The notes under the pieces are model-generated. The model saw nothing but the letters and a program-made list of their open reading frames with translations, ran no database searches and was not told the DNA's origin. The position numbers were made by a program, and so were the translations under genes. Below, piece by piece: positions 45,122-54,022 of a stretch of 64,000 bases of DNA. Source of the DNA: an uncultured Nitrososphaerota archaeon (GTDB lineage: Archaea > Korarchaeota > Korarchaeia > Korarchaeales > Korarchaeaceae); assembly GCA_964594835.1 (NCBI GenBank), contig CAZQNA010000004.1, positions 32,001 through 96,000 on the forward strand, in the 5' to 3' direction. How positions within the stretch are numbered: position 1 is the stretch's first letter; the number at the start of each line of letters is the position of its first letter.

Positions 45122-46189
45122 GTGCCGCCAGCCCTGCCCTGGACCGTCAGGCTTGAGGACGACAAGGTCGTCCTGATAGATCAGACGGTCCTCCCCGGAG
45201 AACTCAGGTTCGTGGAGTGTCGAGAGGTCGAGTGCGTGGCCAGGGCCATAGAGACCATGGTAGTCAGGGGGGCCCCGGCCATAGGGGCGACGTCCGCGTA
45301 CGGGCTGGCCCTGGCCGCGATGACGTCCCCCTCCAAGGACCACGGGGGTCTCATGAGGGACCTCGAGGCCGCGGCCGAGAGGCTGAGGAGGACCAGGCCC
45401 ACGGCGGTCAACCTCTTCTGGGCCATCGAGAGGGTCATGAGGGCCGCCAGGTCCGCGTCGGAGTCCGGAGATGCGGAGGAGATAAGGAGGGCAGTCGTCT
45501 CGGAGGCTGAGAGGATAGCCCAGGAGGATGTGGAGGCCAACAAGGCCATAGGGAGGCACGGAGCCCAGCTGATCGAGGACGGCATGACTGTGATGACGAT
45601 CTGCAACGCGGGCACCCTGGCGACGGTGTGGTACGGGACGGTGACCGCGCCCATATACACGGCCTGGGACGAGGGCAAGAGGTTCTCCGTGATCGCGCTA
45701 GAGACGAGGCCAGTCCTACAGGGGGCTAGGCTCACCGCCTACGAACTCCACGCCGCCGGGATACCGGTGACCCTGATAGTCGACGGGGCCGCCGCGCACA
45801 CGATCCGCGAGAGGGGGGTGGACCTCATCCTCGTCGGCGCCGACAGGATCCTGAGGGACGGGACTGTCTACAACAAGATCGGCACCTACTCGCTCGCCCT
45901 CGCCGCCAGGGCTCACGGCGTCCCCTTCTTCTCGGTGGCTCCCACCAGCACGTTCGACCTAGAGTCGAGTCGCTCAGACGTCAGGATAGAGGAGAGGAGG
46001 CCCGAGGAGGTCACCAACGTCAGGGGCGTGAGGATCGCCCCGGAGGGGGTGGACGTCTACAACCCCGCGTTCGACATGACGCCCCCTCACCTGCTCACGG
46101 GGATCGTCACGGAGAGGGGGATACTCCACCAGCCGCTCTGGCTGAGCATAGCCAGGGCGTTCGGCCTCTCAGCGACCGCCGGTCACTAG
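45122..46189 (+). CDS. mtnA: S-methyl-5-thioribose-1-phosphate isomerase
   Basis: IDQT.LP, VRGAPAIG, RPTAVNLFWA, CNAG.LAT, ETRP.LQGARLT, GADRI, NKIGTY, NPAFD.TP. Confidence 0.93.
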   Translation: MPPALPWTVRLEDDKVVLIDQTVLPGELRFVECREVECVARAIETMVVRGAPAIGATSAYGLALAAMTSPSKDHGGLMRDLEAAAERLRRTRPTAVNLFWAIERVMRAARSASESGDAEEIRRAVVSEAERIAQEDVEANKAIGRHGAQLIEDGMTVMTICNAGTLATVWYGTVTAPIYTAWDEGKRFSVIALETRPVLQGARLTAYELHAAGIPVTLIVDGAAAHTIRERGVDLILVGADRILRDGTVYNKIGTYSLALAARAHGVPFFSVAPTSTFDLESSRSDVRIEERRPEEVTNVRGVRIAPEGVDVYNPAFDMTPPHLLTGIVTERGILHQPLWLSIARAFGLSATAGH

Positions 46190-47269
46190 GATCCTCGGGA
46201 GGGGTCTCAGATCCCCGATCTGAGGAGCTCCGAGGGGGATCTGGGCCTCCTTACCTCTCCTGTTCACCCACACGCCCCTCACACCGGCGGACTGCGCCGA
46301 CAGTACGTCTGACTTCAGGACGTCTCCGACCGCGATAGCCTCGTCAGGCCGCGCGCCCACCACCCTCAGGGCCCTGTGAAATGCCTCTGGACTCGTCTTA
46401 TTGATCCCCAGGTCTTCAGACGTCAGAACGGTCTCGAAATAGGGCTCGAGTCCGATCGCCCTGAGCTTCTCCCTCTGCCAGCGGGAGATGCCGTCCGTCA
46501 AGAGGACAAGCCTCACCCCCATCCTCGCGAGCTCCCCCAGGGTCGCGACATCCGGGTACGGCCTCACGACCTCGAGGACCTCCCTCCAGTACTCCTCCTC
46601 CGCCCTCTCCGGATCCGGGATCACGCTCAGCCTGGTTCTGAGCCTCTCGAAGAGCAGGCGCTTCGAGTACCTCTCCGGGGAGTCCCCCAGCTCTGCGTAG
46701 ATCTCCCTCCTAACCTCCTCGTACTCCTCGACCAACGTCTCGGGGTCCAGCCCCCACCTCGGCGCCAGCCTCCTGAGGGCCTCGTGCCTCATCACGTCGT
46801 AGTCGCAGAGCGTGCCGTCTAGGTCCAAGAAGACAAGATCACCCCGCTCGTAGTACTCCGGCGTGAGCCCCAGCCTGTCCAGCGCGCGCTCGCACTCCCT
46901 CCTGGCGAACGTGAGGTCCCGTCCCAGGTACTTCAGGTGCGTCTCCGCGTGGGAGTTACTGCAACCGAATCCCCTGACCGGGTCTCCGCCGATCTCCTCC
47001 GCGAGGAGGTCCTCCGTCTCGGGATCGTGGGTGCGGCCAACCACGGCGGTCATCGGGGCAAACTCACGCCTGCTGGTGAGCCAGTCGACGTGCCACCTCA
47101 CTCGCCCCGGCCGGAGGAGGTGCCTCCTGACCCGCGCGAACAGACCCCCCATGGCCCGTCCTACGTAGACGTAGTAGCCGGCCTCGAACCGCAGACTGCC
47201 GAGCCCTCCGACCTGGTACTCCCCTCCCTCCCTGCAGTGTATCAGCAGGGCGTACACGCCTGAGTCCAA
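46169..47269 (-). CDS. Fusion: DUF123 (Uri/GIY-YIG-like endonuclease) plus HAD-family hydrolase
   Basis: N-terminal GVY.L, GYYVYVG.A.GG...RV.RH, WHVD.L, GFG.S; C-terminal DLDGT, LTDG, K, GD...SDV; one continuous frame. Confidence 0.85.
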   Translation of the reverse strand: MDSGVYALLIHCREGGEYQVGGLGSLRFEAGYYVYVGRAMGGLFARVRRHLLRPGRVRWHVDWLTSRREFAPMTAVVGRTHDPETEDLLAEEIGGDPVRGFGCSNSHAETHLKYLGRDLTFARRECERALDRLGLTPEYYERGDLVFLDLDGTLCDYDVMRHEALRRLAPRWGLDPETLVEEYEEVRREIYAELGDSPERYSKRLLFERLRTRLSVIPDPERAEEEYWREVLEVVRPYPDVATLGELARMGVRLVLLTDGISRWQREKLRAIGLEPYFETVLTSEDLGINKTSPEAFHRALRVVGARPDEAIAVGDVLKSDVLSAQSAGVRGVWVNRRGKEAQIPLGAPQIGDLRPLPRILVTGGR

Positions 47270-47328
47270 GGCAATCTCCTCTCTCTGGGCTCTCTCAGGC
47301 TAGAAAAAGGAGATAGGGGAAAGCCCCC

Positions 47329-48327
47329 TCAACCGAAGCCCGGCGGCCTCACGTTCACGACGTCCTTGTTGACGAGGGTGGGCGGGACCTTCCCCTCCTT
47401 GAACGCGATCAGGTTCTCGGCCACGATGTCGGCCATCCTCGAACGAGTCTCTATGCTGGCGCTGGCGGCGTGCGGGGCGAGGACCACGTTCTTGAGCTGG
47501 AGCAGCGGATCGTCGGGCGGGATGGGCTCCTGCTCGAAAACGTCCAGCGCGGCCCCGGCGATCCACCCCTCCTTGAGCGCCCTGTAGAGGGCCGCCTGGT
47601 CGATCACCTTCCCCCTGGCCGTGTTGATCAGGAACGCGGTTGGCTTCATCATCTTCAGCTCCCTCTCTCCGATCATGTGGTGGGTCTCCGGCAGCAGGGG
47701 CACGTGCAGGCTCACGAAGTCGGACTCCCTTAGGAGCGTCTCCAGGTCAACCCGCTTGGCCCCGACCTCCCTCTCGATCTCCGGCCTCTCCACGATGTCG
47801 TAGTACAAGATCTTCATGCCGAAGCCCTTGGCCCTCCTCGCAACTGCCTGGCCGATCCGCCCCATGCCCACGATCCCCAGAGTAGCCCCGTGGACGTCGG
47901 TGCCCAGCATCATGAGCGGGTGCCACGCGACCTTCCACTGCCCGGACCTGACGTAGTGATCGGCCTCCACCACCCTCCTGGCGACCGCCAGAAGGAGGGC
48001 GAAGGCGAAGTCCGCCACGGTCTCGGTAAGGACGCCGGGCGTGTTGGTCACGTATATCCCCCTCTCTGTGGCGGCCTTTACGTCGATATTGTCGAAGCCT
48101 ACCGCGTACTGGGCGACTATCCTGAGGTTGGGGGCCGAGTCCATCACCTCGGCGTCGATTGGGTCGGTGAGGAGCGAGACCAGCGCGTCCTTGTCTCTGA
48201 CCCTCTCTATGATGACGTCCTTCGGGGGAGGGGCCTCCTCCGGCCACAGGTCCACCTCGAACTGCTCCCTGATCTTCTTGAGGCCCCTCTCGGGTATCTC
48301 CCTGGTCATGAACAGCTTGGGCTTCAT
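47329..48327 (-). CDS. gyaR: Glyoxylate reductase (D-2-hydroxyacid dehydrogenase)
   Basis: [44 protein letters not shown]. Confidence 0.92.
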   Translation of the reverse strand: MKPKLFMTREIPERGLKKIREQFEVDLWPEEAPPPKDVIIERVRDKDALVSLLTDPIDAEVMDSAPNLRIVAQYAVGFDNIDVKAATERGIYVTNTPGVLTETVADFAFALLLAVARRVVEADHYVRSGQWKVAWHPLMMLGTDVHGATLGIVGMGRIGQAVARRAKGFGMKILYYDIVERPEIEREVGAKRVDLETLLRESDFVSLHVPLLPETHHMIGERELKMMKPTAFLINTARGKVIDQAALYRALKEGWIAGAALDVFEQEPIPPDDPLLQLKNVVLAPHAASASIETRSRMADIVAENLIAFKEGKVPPTLVNKDVVNVRPPGFG

Positions 48328-48370
48328 GGGCTCACCCGGGCTCGCGGGCGTGTTTAACCTATAAACAGGC

Positions 48371-49006
48371 TCACCTGAAGACGAACCCGGTCTTCATGTA
48401 CCACATGTAGAGGTCCAGCTCGGCGAGGGTGAGGCTGGCCTCCCCCGCCACCCCCCTCAGGGACTCCTCGAGCTCCAGGTACCTGGCCCTGGTGAGGCTC
48501 CTCGGAGGCTCCTCTATGAGTCTGTAGTCGACCATCACCCTCAGTATGTGCCTGTCTATTATGGCCACGTCCTTCCTACCGGTGTTCCTGAGGAAGTGGC
48601 TGGACTCCTTCATTCCGAGCCCGCGGACGTTTCTCCTCAGCCACTCCCTGGCGTCGCGGGAGCCCATCCTGGGCACGACCTCCCTGAGGGTCCTGAGCAG
48701 CGGGCGGCTCGCGACGATGTACCCGGCCCTGGACCTCGGGAACCTGTGCCCCATCTCCCCCAGGAGTCTAGACAGCTCGCTCTCCGATGCGTCGAACAGC
48801 GCCCCGCTTCTCCAGAGACTGTCCGCCATTCTGAATGCGTCTACCGCCTTGAAGTTGGCCGCCAGGATGCAGAAGGCAAGCTCCCTCGCCCAGACCCTCC
48901 AGTCTCCCCTCCCTATCTCCTCGAACTCCCTGATCCGTGATCTCACCACTTCTCGGACGTCTGGGTTCCTGGTCAGCCGGAGAATCGCATCCGCGAGCCT
49001 CTCCAT
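48371..49006 (-). CDS. ogg: 8-oxoguanine N-glycosylase/DNA lyase (OGG2 type)
   Basis: EL.FCIL.AN, GHRFP..RA.YI, REWL...V.GLG.KE.SHFLRN.G, AIIDRH, LDLY.WY..TG.V. Confidence 0.95.
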   Translation of the reverse strand: MERLADAILRLTRNPDVREVVRSRIREFEEIGRGDWRVWARELAFCILAANFKAVDAFRMADSLWRSGALFDASESELSRLLGEMGHRFPRSRAGYIVASRPLLRTLREVVPRMGSRDAREWLRRNVRGLGMKESSHFLRNTGRKDVAIIDRHILRVMVDYRLIEEPPRSLTRARYLELEESLRGVAGEASLTLAELDLYMWYMKTGFVFR

Positions 49007-49062
49007 TTGGTCAAAGTTTCTCCTGCGCCACATTATTATCCCCGCGCCGGCCGTCAGCAGGG

Positions 49063-51654
49063 ATGCCGAGGGGCAAGAGGAAGGTGGAGCCCGAGGAGGG
49101 CGAGGAGGGAGCGGGCGAGCCCGTGGAGGGAGGGGGTCAGGGGATCCCGCATCTGGAGGAGCTGGGCGAAGTCGAGGGGTTTGAGGAGGTAGACCTGACC
49201 ACCCTGAGCGGGGTCGGGCCTACCATAGCCAAGAGGCTCACGGAGGCCGGCTTCACGACCCTCGAGTCCATAGCCCTGACCTCCCCCGCCGAACTCTCGG
49301 CCGCGGCGGGGATACCGATGTCCACGGCAAGCAAGATCATCGCCTCCGCCAGGAAGATACTGAAGGTCGACGTGATGACCGCCTTCGACTACTACCAGAA
49401 GAGGAAGAGCGTTCAGAGGATAACGACCGGCACGAAGGCCCTGGACGACCTCCTGGGAGGGGGCGTCGAGACCCAGGCCGTCACGGAGATCTACGGGCCG
49501 TATGGATCGGGCAAGTGCGTATCCGGGGATACGCCCGTCCCGTTTGTCAACGAGGGTAACTTCCACTTTGAGAGGATATCCGACGCTTACGAATTCTACA
49601 GGCAGAGGTTCGGCGAGGTGAGGATGGACGAGGGATTTGCAGTTCCGCTCTCGGGTGTCAAGGTACTGGCAGTCGGGGAGGATGGAAGCACTAGGACAGT
49701 CGAGGCCTCCTACCTCTACAGGGAGAGGGTCCGCTCCATACTAGAGGTGAGGACTAGAAAGGGGAGGGTTCTTCGACTGACCGCGAGACACAGGCTGCTC
49801 AGCGTGGGCAGGACGGATGGCCGGCTGGATTGGCGCCCAGCAGGAGATCTGGCCCCCGGAGACCTGATAGCCGCTCCTAAGGCGCTGAGGTTCCCGTCAG
49901 GAGGCGACAACACTCTCACCAAGGAGGATGCGTACTTCTTGGGGCTCTTCGTGGCGGAGGGCACGCCGAATCCGCTCTCCCTGTCCACGGCCGATGAGGA
50001 GATCAGGGACTGGGTTGTCAGGTACGTCTCCGAGAGGCACGGCTATCTCCCAAGCGTCCGAGTCGATGCCAGGGGTGGAAGGAGGGTGTACGCGATTCTC
50101 TTCAGGACTCCGACCAGGGAGTTCCTGGGGAGACTCGCGGAATCCAGAGCCGGTGAGAAGTTCGTCCCCGAGAGCGTGTTCTCCGCTCCACCCGAGGTGT
50201 CTATGGAGTTCCTTAGGGGATACGTCAGGGGGGATGGGTACCTCGGGAGCACGGTGGAGTTGACCACGAAGAGTAGGCTCCTGGCTCAGCAGCTTGCGTA
50301 TCTGTTGAAGGGCTTTGGCTTCGACGTCTCCATCAGGGAGAAGGACGTGGGGGGAAGGACCTACTACCGGCTATACGTGGTCGGGGCTAGAAAGGGAGAG
50401 TTCCTCAGGATGATGGGTAGGGAGGGCGGCACGGCGCCTACTTCTCCGTACGGCTATCCTGAGCCTATAGTGACCGCCCTCAGAGAGTTTTACAGGAGGG
50501 CGTGGGGAGGAGAAAAGGGTTCTGCCGGAAAGTCCGTGGGTAAGAGATCCACCGGGAGGGGGTACCCCTACAGGGTTCTCATCGGAGACACGCGCGGCAA
50601 GTCCGTGGGTGATGGGACCCTCCTGAAGATCAGGTCCATGTTCCTGGGGATGCGCGAGAGTCTGATCGAGGCGAGGGATCTGGCCCTCAGGTTGGAGCAC
50701 CTCAGCGTAGGAGAACTCCGTAAGCTCGTCAGGGACGTTCCCTTCTCCGTTCGTGGAGCCTTTGAGAGGGCCGGAGTACCGGCAACACGCGCCCAGAACT
50801 ACCTGCACAGGGGAGTACCCCAAGACCTACCCGAACTCAACGAGATCAAGGCGGAGATCCTCTCAGAAATAGATCAGAGACTGTCGGTCCTTGACGAGGC
50901 CATACGCTTCATCGACGAGGTCCGGAAGTACGAGTGGGACGTCGTCGTCTCCACGGAGGAGATCCACTATGACGACTACGTCTACGATTTCGTGGTCCCG
51001 GAGGGCCACACGTTCATCGGGGGGTGGATGCCCACCCTGCTGCACAACACCCAGCTCTGCCACCAGATGGCCGTGACGGTTCAGCTCCCCGTCGAGAGGG
51101 GGGGGCTCGGCAGGAGGTGCCTCTACATCGACACGGAGGGCACATTCAGGCCTGAGAGGATCGTTCAGATAGCGGAGAGGTTTGAGCTCGACCCGGAGAC
51201 TACCCTGAAGAACATACTCGTGGCCAGGGCGTTCACGGCCGACCATCAGATGGTCGTGACCGAGAAGGCCGAGCCCTACCTCAAGAAGTACAACATCGGG
51301 CTGATAATCGTGGACTCGCTGATAAGCCACTTCAGGGGGGAGTTCGTCGGGAGGGAGAACCTGGCCGCCAGGCAGCAGAAGCTGAACAAGTACCTCCACA
51401 AGCTCCTGAGGTACGCCCTAGGGTACAACCTGGCCATCCTGGTCACGAATCAGGTCATCGCCCAGCCCGACGCGTTCTTCGGGGATCCCAACAGGCCGGC
51501 CGGCGGCCACGTCCTGGGTCACGGCGTCACGGCCAGGCTCTACATAAAGCGGGCCAAGGGCAACAGGAGGCTGGTGAAGCTGGTCAAAAGCCCCTACCTC
51601 CCGGAGGACTCTGCTGAGATCGCCATCACAGGGGGCGGAGTAGAGGACGTGTGA
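49063..51654 (+). CDS. radA: DNA repair/recombination protein RadA, intein-containing
   Basis: HhH N-domain (GVGP.IA..L..AGF), LD.LLGGGVETQAVTE, GSGK|intein|TQLCH, YIDTEGTFRPER, RQQKL, GGHVL.H. Confidence 0.97.
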   Translation: MPRGKRKVEPEEGEEGAGEPVEGGGQGIPHLEELGEVEGFEEVDLTTLSGVGPTIAKRLTEAGFTTLESIALTSPAELSAAAGIPMSTASKIIASARKILKVDVMTAFDYYQKRKSVQRITTGTKALDDLLGGGVETQAVTEIYGPYGSGKCVSGDTPVPFVNEGNFHFERISDAYEFYRQRFGEVRMDEGFAVPLSGVKVLAVGEDGSTRTVEASYLYRERVRSILEVRTRKGRVLRLTARHRLLSVGRTDGRLDWRPAGDLAPGDLIAAPKALRFPSGGDNTLTKEDAYFLGLFVAEGTPNPLSLSTADEEIRDWVVRYVSERHGYLPSVRVDARGGRRVYAILFRTPTREFLGRLAESRAGEKFVPESVFSAPPEVSMEFLRGYVRGDGYLGSTVELTTKSRLLAQQLAYLLKGFGFDVSIREKDVGGRTYYRLYVVGARKGEFLRMMGREGGTAPTSPYGYPEPIVTALREFYRRAWGGEKGSAGKSVGKRSTGRGYPYRVLIGDTRGKSVGDGTLLKIRSMFLGMRESLIEARDLALRLEHLSVGELRKLVRDVPFSVRGAFERAGVPATRAQNYLHRGVPQDLPELNEIKAEILSEIDQRLSVLDEAIRFIDEVRKYEWDVVVSTEEIHYDDYVYDFVVPEGHTFIGGWMPTLLHNTQLCHQMAVTVQLPVERGGLGRRCLYIDTEGTFRPERIVQIAERFELDPETTLKNILVARAFTADHQMVVTEKAEPYLKKYNIGLIIVDSLISHFRGEFVGRENLAARQQKLNKYLHKLLRYALGYNLAILVTNQVIAQPDAFFGDPNRPAGGHVLGHGVTARLYIKRAKGNRRLVKLVKSPYLPEDSAEIAITGGGVEDV
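49516..51048 (+). mobile_element. Intein (511 aa) with LAGLIDADG homing endonuclease, inserted in the RadA Walker A motif
   Basis: Starts with Cys (CVSGD) after GSGK; block B T..H; FLGLFVAEG and FLRGYVRGDG motifs; ends VYDF...LLHN before Thr; more A/T-ending codons than exteins. Confidence 0.96.
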
Positions 51655-51664
51655 GGTACGTCGA

Positions 51665-51874
51665 ATGGGGGAGGGCGTCCGGATACTCCTCGAGGGCCAG
51701 GAGGTCCTTGTGGGGCCGCTCACGAGGGTCGTAGACCTGATGTCCGAGCTGGGCCTCCACCCAGAGGCCCACGTCCCCGTGGTGAACGGGTCCCCCGCCC
51801 CCGAGAGGATGTACCTGTCGGAGGGGGACGAGGTGGAGATCGTCAGGGTCACCGTCCACGTCTCGGGCGTGTGA
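51665..51874 (+). CDS. Ubiquitin-like MoaD/ThiS (TtuB/SAMP-like) protein with atypical C-terminus (...VSGV)
   Basis: V.DL..ELGL......VVNG......L.EGD.VEI beta-grasp pattern; TGATG-coupled to ttuA. Confidence 0.82.
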   Translation: MGEGVRILLEGQEVLVGPLTRVVDLMSELGLHPEAHVPVVNGSPAPERMYLSEGDEVEIVRVTVHVSGV

Positions 51875-52851
51875 TGAGCTTGCGCCCACTCTGCGACAGG
51901 TGTGAATCCAGAGAGGCAGTTCACACGCTTCACCTCACGGGAGAGAATCTCTGCGGAGAGTGCCTTGTTCAGGACGTCAGGAGGAGGGTGTTTTCTCTCC
52001 TTGAAGGGCTCGTGGAGGACGGAGACCTCGTGGCGGTGGCCCTCTCCGGTGGGAAGGACAGCTCGCTCGCCCTCTATCTCCTGGACGAGTACCGCAGGGC
52101 GGGGAGGAGGTCCTTCCGGCTCGTGGCCGTGACCATAGACGAGGGGACCGCCTACAGGAGGTCTGGCATCAAGGCGGCCCGGGAGCTCACCCGGAGGCTC
52201 GGCGTCGAGCACGTCCTGGTTGGGATGAGGGAGATACACGGGATAGACGTTGCCGAGATCAGGGCCCTCCTCCCGAAGGGGTGGAGGAGGTCCGCCTGCA
52301 CGTACTGCGGGGTCCTCAGGCGCTGGGCGGTGAATCGAGTTGCGAGGGAGCTGGGGGCCACCAAGGTGGCGACCGGCCACAACCTGGACGACGTCCTGCA
52401 GACCCACCTGATGAACCTGGCGAGGGGAGACGTTCCGGCCATCGTCAGGTCTGGCCAGGGCGTGAGGTCCCCCTCCCCCCTGATGGTCCCGAGGATCCGG
52501 CCCCTGGCCTCGGTACGGGAGAGGGAGGTCGCCGCTGCCGCCCTCTACCTGGGCCTCCCCGCGCACTTCGGCAAGTGCCCGCTGACCACGGGCATGCGCG
52601 TCGGCGTGAGGAGGGCCGTGGACGAGCTGGAGGCGAGGCTCCCGGGGATCAAGGAGGACATGCTCAGGGGGCTCCAGTCCCTCGCGGACAGGGTGCGCGC
52701 CTCCGGGTCGATCAAGGTCGAGCTCGGCTCCTGCAGGCTCTGCGGGGAGCCGACGACCGGCGAGATCTGCAAGACCTGTCAGATGAAGCTGGAACTTCAG
52801 GAGTTGGCGGGGAGGCCCCTCGCGTTCCGCTGGTCCCCGGGGCCATCGTAA
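51874..52851 (+). CDS. ttuA: tRNA 2-thiolation protein TtuA/NcsA (Ncs6 family)
   Basis: N-terminal CxxC/CxxC, PP-loop SGGKDS, ACTYCGVLRR, ATGHNLDD, PRIRPL, CP, C-terminal CxxC..CxxC. Confidence 0.92.
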   Translation: MSLRPLCDRCESREAVHTLHLTGENLCGECLVQDVRRRVFSLLEGLVEDGDLVAVALSGGKDSSLALYLLDEYRRAGRRSFRLVAVTIDEGTAYRRSGIKAARELTRRLGVEHVLVGMREIHGIDVAEIRALLPKGWRRSACTYCGVLRRWAVNRVARELGATKVATGHNLDDVLQTHLMNLARGDVPAIVRSGQGVRSPSPLMVPRIRPLASVREREVAAAALYLGLPAHFGKCPLTTGMRVGVRRAVDELEARLPGIKEDMLRGLQSLADRVRASGSIKVELGSCRLCGEPTTGEICKTCQMKLELQELAGRPLAFRWSPGPS

Positions 52852-52898
52852 ATTAATAGCAACATGACACTCCGGGGTGATCGAGGCAGCTGGGAAAA

Positions 52899-53675
52899 AT
52901 GGGCTGGTCGAAGATCTCTGTGATCGGAGAACCCGCGGAGGACTACGGCCTAGTCATAGCCGGCTATCCGGGAGTCGCGAACGTGGGGGCCGGGGTGGTG
53001 GGATACCTGGCTGAGGAGCTGGGGGCCGAGCCCCTCGCGAGGCTGTACTCTGAGTACCTCTTCCTCCCAGGGAACGTCGCCGGAATATCCGTGACCGAGG
53101 AGGGGGGGTTTGAGCTCCCCTCGATAGAGATCTACCACGTCAGGGGGCAGATCGGGGAGTTCGGCAGGCCCCTCCTGGTCACGAGCCAGGTCCAGCCGGT
53201 TCCGTGGGGCCAGCTGGAGGTCGCCTCTCGCCTCCTGTCCTACCTCAAGTCGCTGAAGGCGCGCAACCTGCTGGTGATAACCGGATTCGCGGACCCCGAG
53301 ATGGCGGGGAGGGTCCTGGCCTTCGGGACCCAAGGAGAACTCCTCGACAGGCTCGTATCGGCTGGGGCCAGCCGCCAGACGCCCATGAAGTCCATCGTCG
53401 GCCTGGCCGGGGCCACGCTCGCCTCGGCGAGGATCGCGGGCCTGCCCTACGTCTCGGTGACCGGGGTCTCAGAGACGTCGGCCCCGGACTTCAGGGCCGC
53501 GGGCGAGGTCCTCAAGGTAATGAACGCGGCCCTGAACCTCGACCTGAACCTGGAGAGCATAGAGAAGAGGATCAGGGAGTTCGAGGAGGTCAAGAGGAGC
53601 ATCCTGCGGCAGCTTGAGGAGCAGATATCCTCCATGACCAGGCCGAGCCCGGATGAGACCGGCTACGTGGGGTGA
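52899..53675 (+). CDS. Proteasome assembly chaperone PAC2 family
   Basis: G.PG..NVG....YL, QP...Q, ITG, G..G..L, PD..AA..L, coiled tail ending GYVG. Confidence 0.88.
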   Translation: MGWSKISVIGEPAEDYGLVIAGYPGVANVGAGVVGYLAEELGAEPLARLYSEYLFLPGNVAGISVTEEGGFELPSIEIYHVRGQIGEFGRPLLVTSQVQPVPWGQLEVASRLLSYLKSLKARNLLVITGFADPEMAGRVLAFGTQGELLDRLVSAGASRQTPMKSIVGLAGATLASARIAGLPYVSVTGVSETSAPDFRAAGEVLKVMNAALNLDLNLESIEKRIREFEEVKRSILRQLEEQISSMTRPSPDETGYVG

Positions 53676-54022
53676 GGGAGACGCCGATAGAGAGGCTCCG
53701 CCGGAAGCTCACGATCGAGAACCTCTGGCTCTACATACTCACCCTCCTCAAGGACGGGCCCAAGTACCCCTACGAGATACCGGAGCTCATGGAGAAGAGG
53801 TTCGGCTGGAGGCCCGCGCGGGTCACGGGGTACATAGTCATGAAGAGGCTCGAGATGGACGGCTACATCCGCATAGTCAGGAGGAGGAGCAGCCAGGGCC
53901 GCGTCCGCAACTACTACGAGCTCACGGAGAAGGGACGCGAGGCGCTCAGGGAGGCTGAGTCCCTCCTGAGGGGCCTAGTGACCTCCCTCTTCGGCTCCGG
54001 GGAGGGTGGTGGGGAGGGTTGA
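53672..54022 (+). CDS. PadR family transcriptional regulator
   Basis: LWLYIL.LL...P.Y.YEI, Y.V..RLE.DG.I, R.YY.LT.KG. Confidence 0.9.
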   Translation: MRETPIERLRRKLTIENLWLYILTLLKDGPKYPYEIPELMEKRFGWRPARVTGYIVMKRLEMDGYIRIVRRRSSQGRVRNYYELTEKGREALREAESLLRGLVTSLFGSGEGGGEG

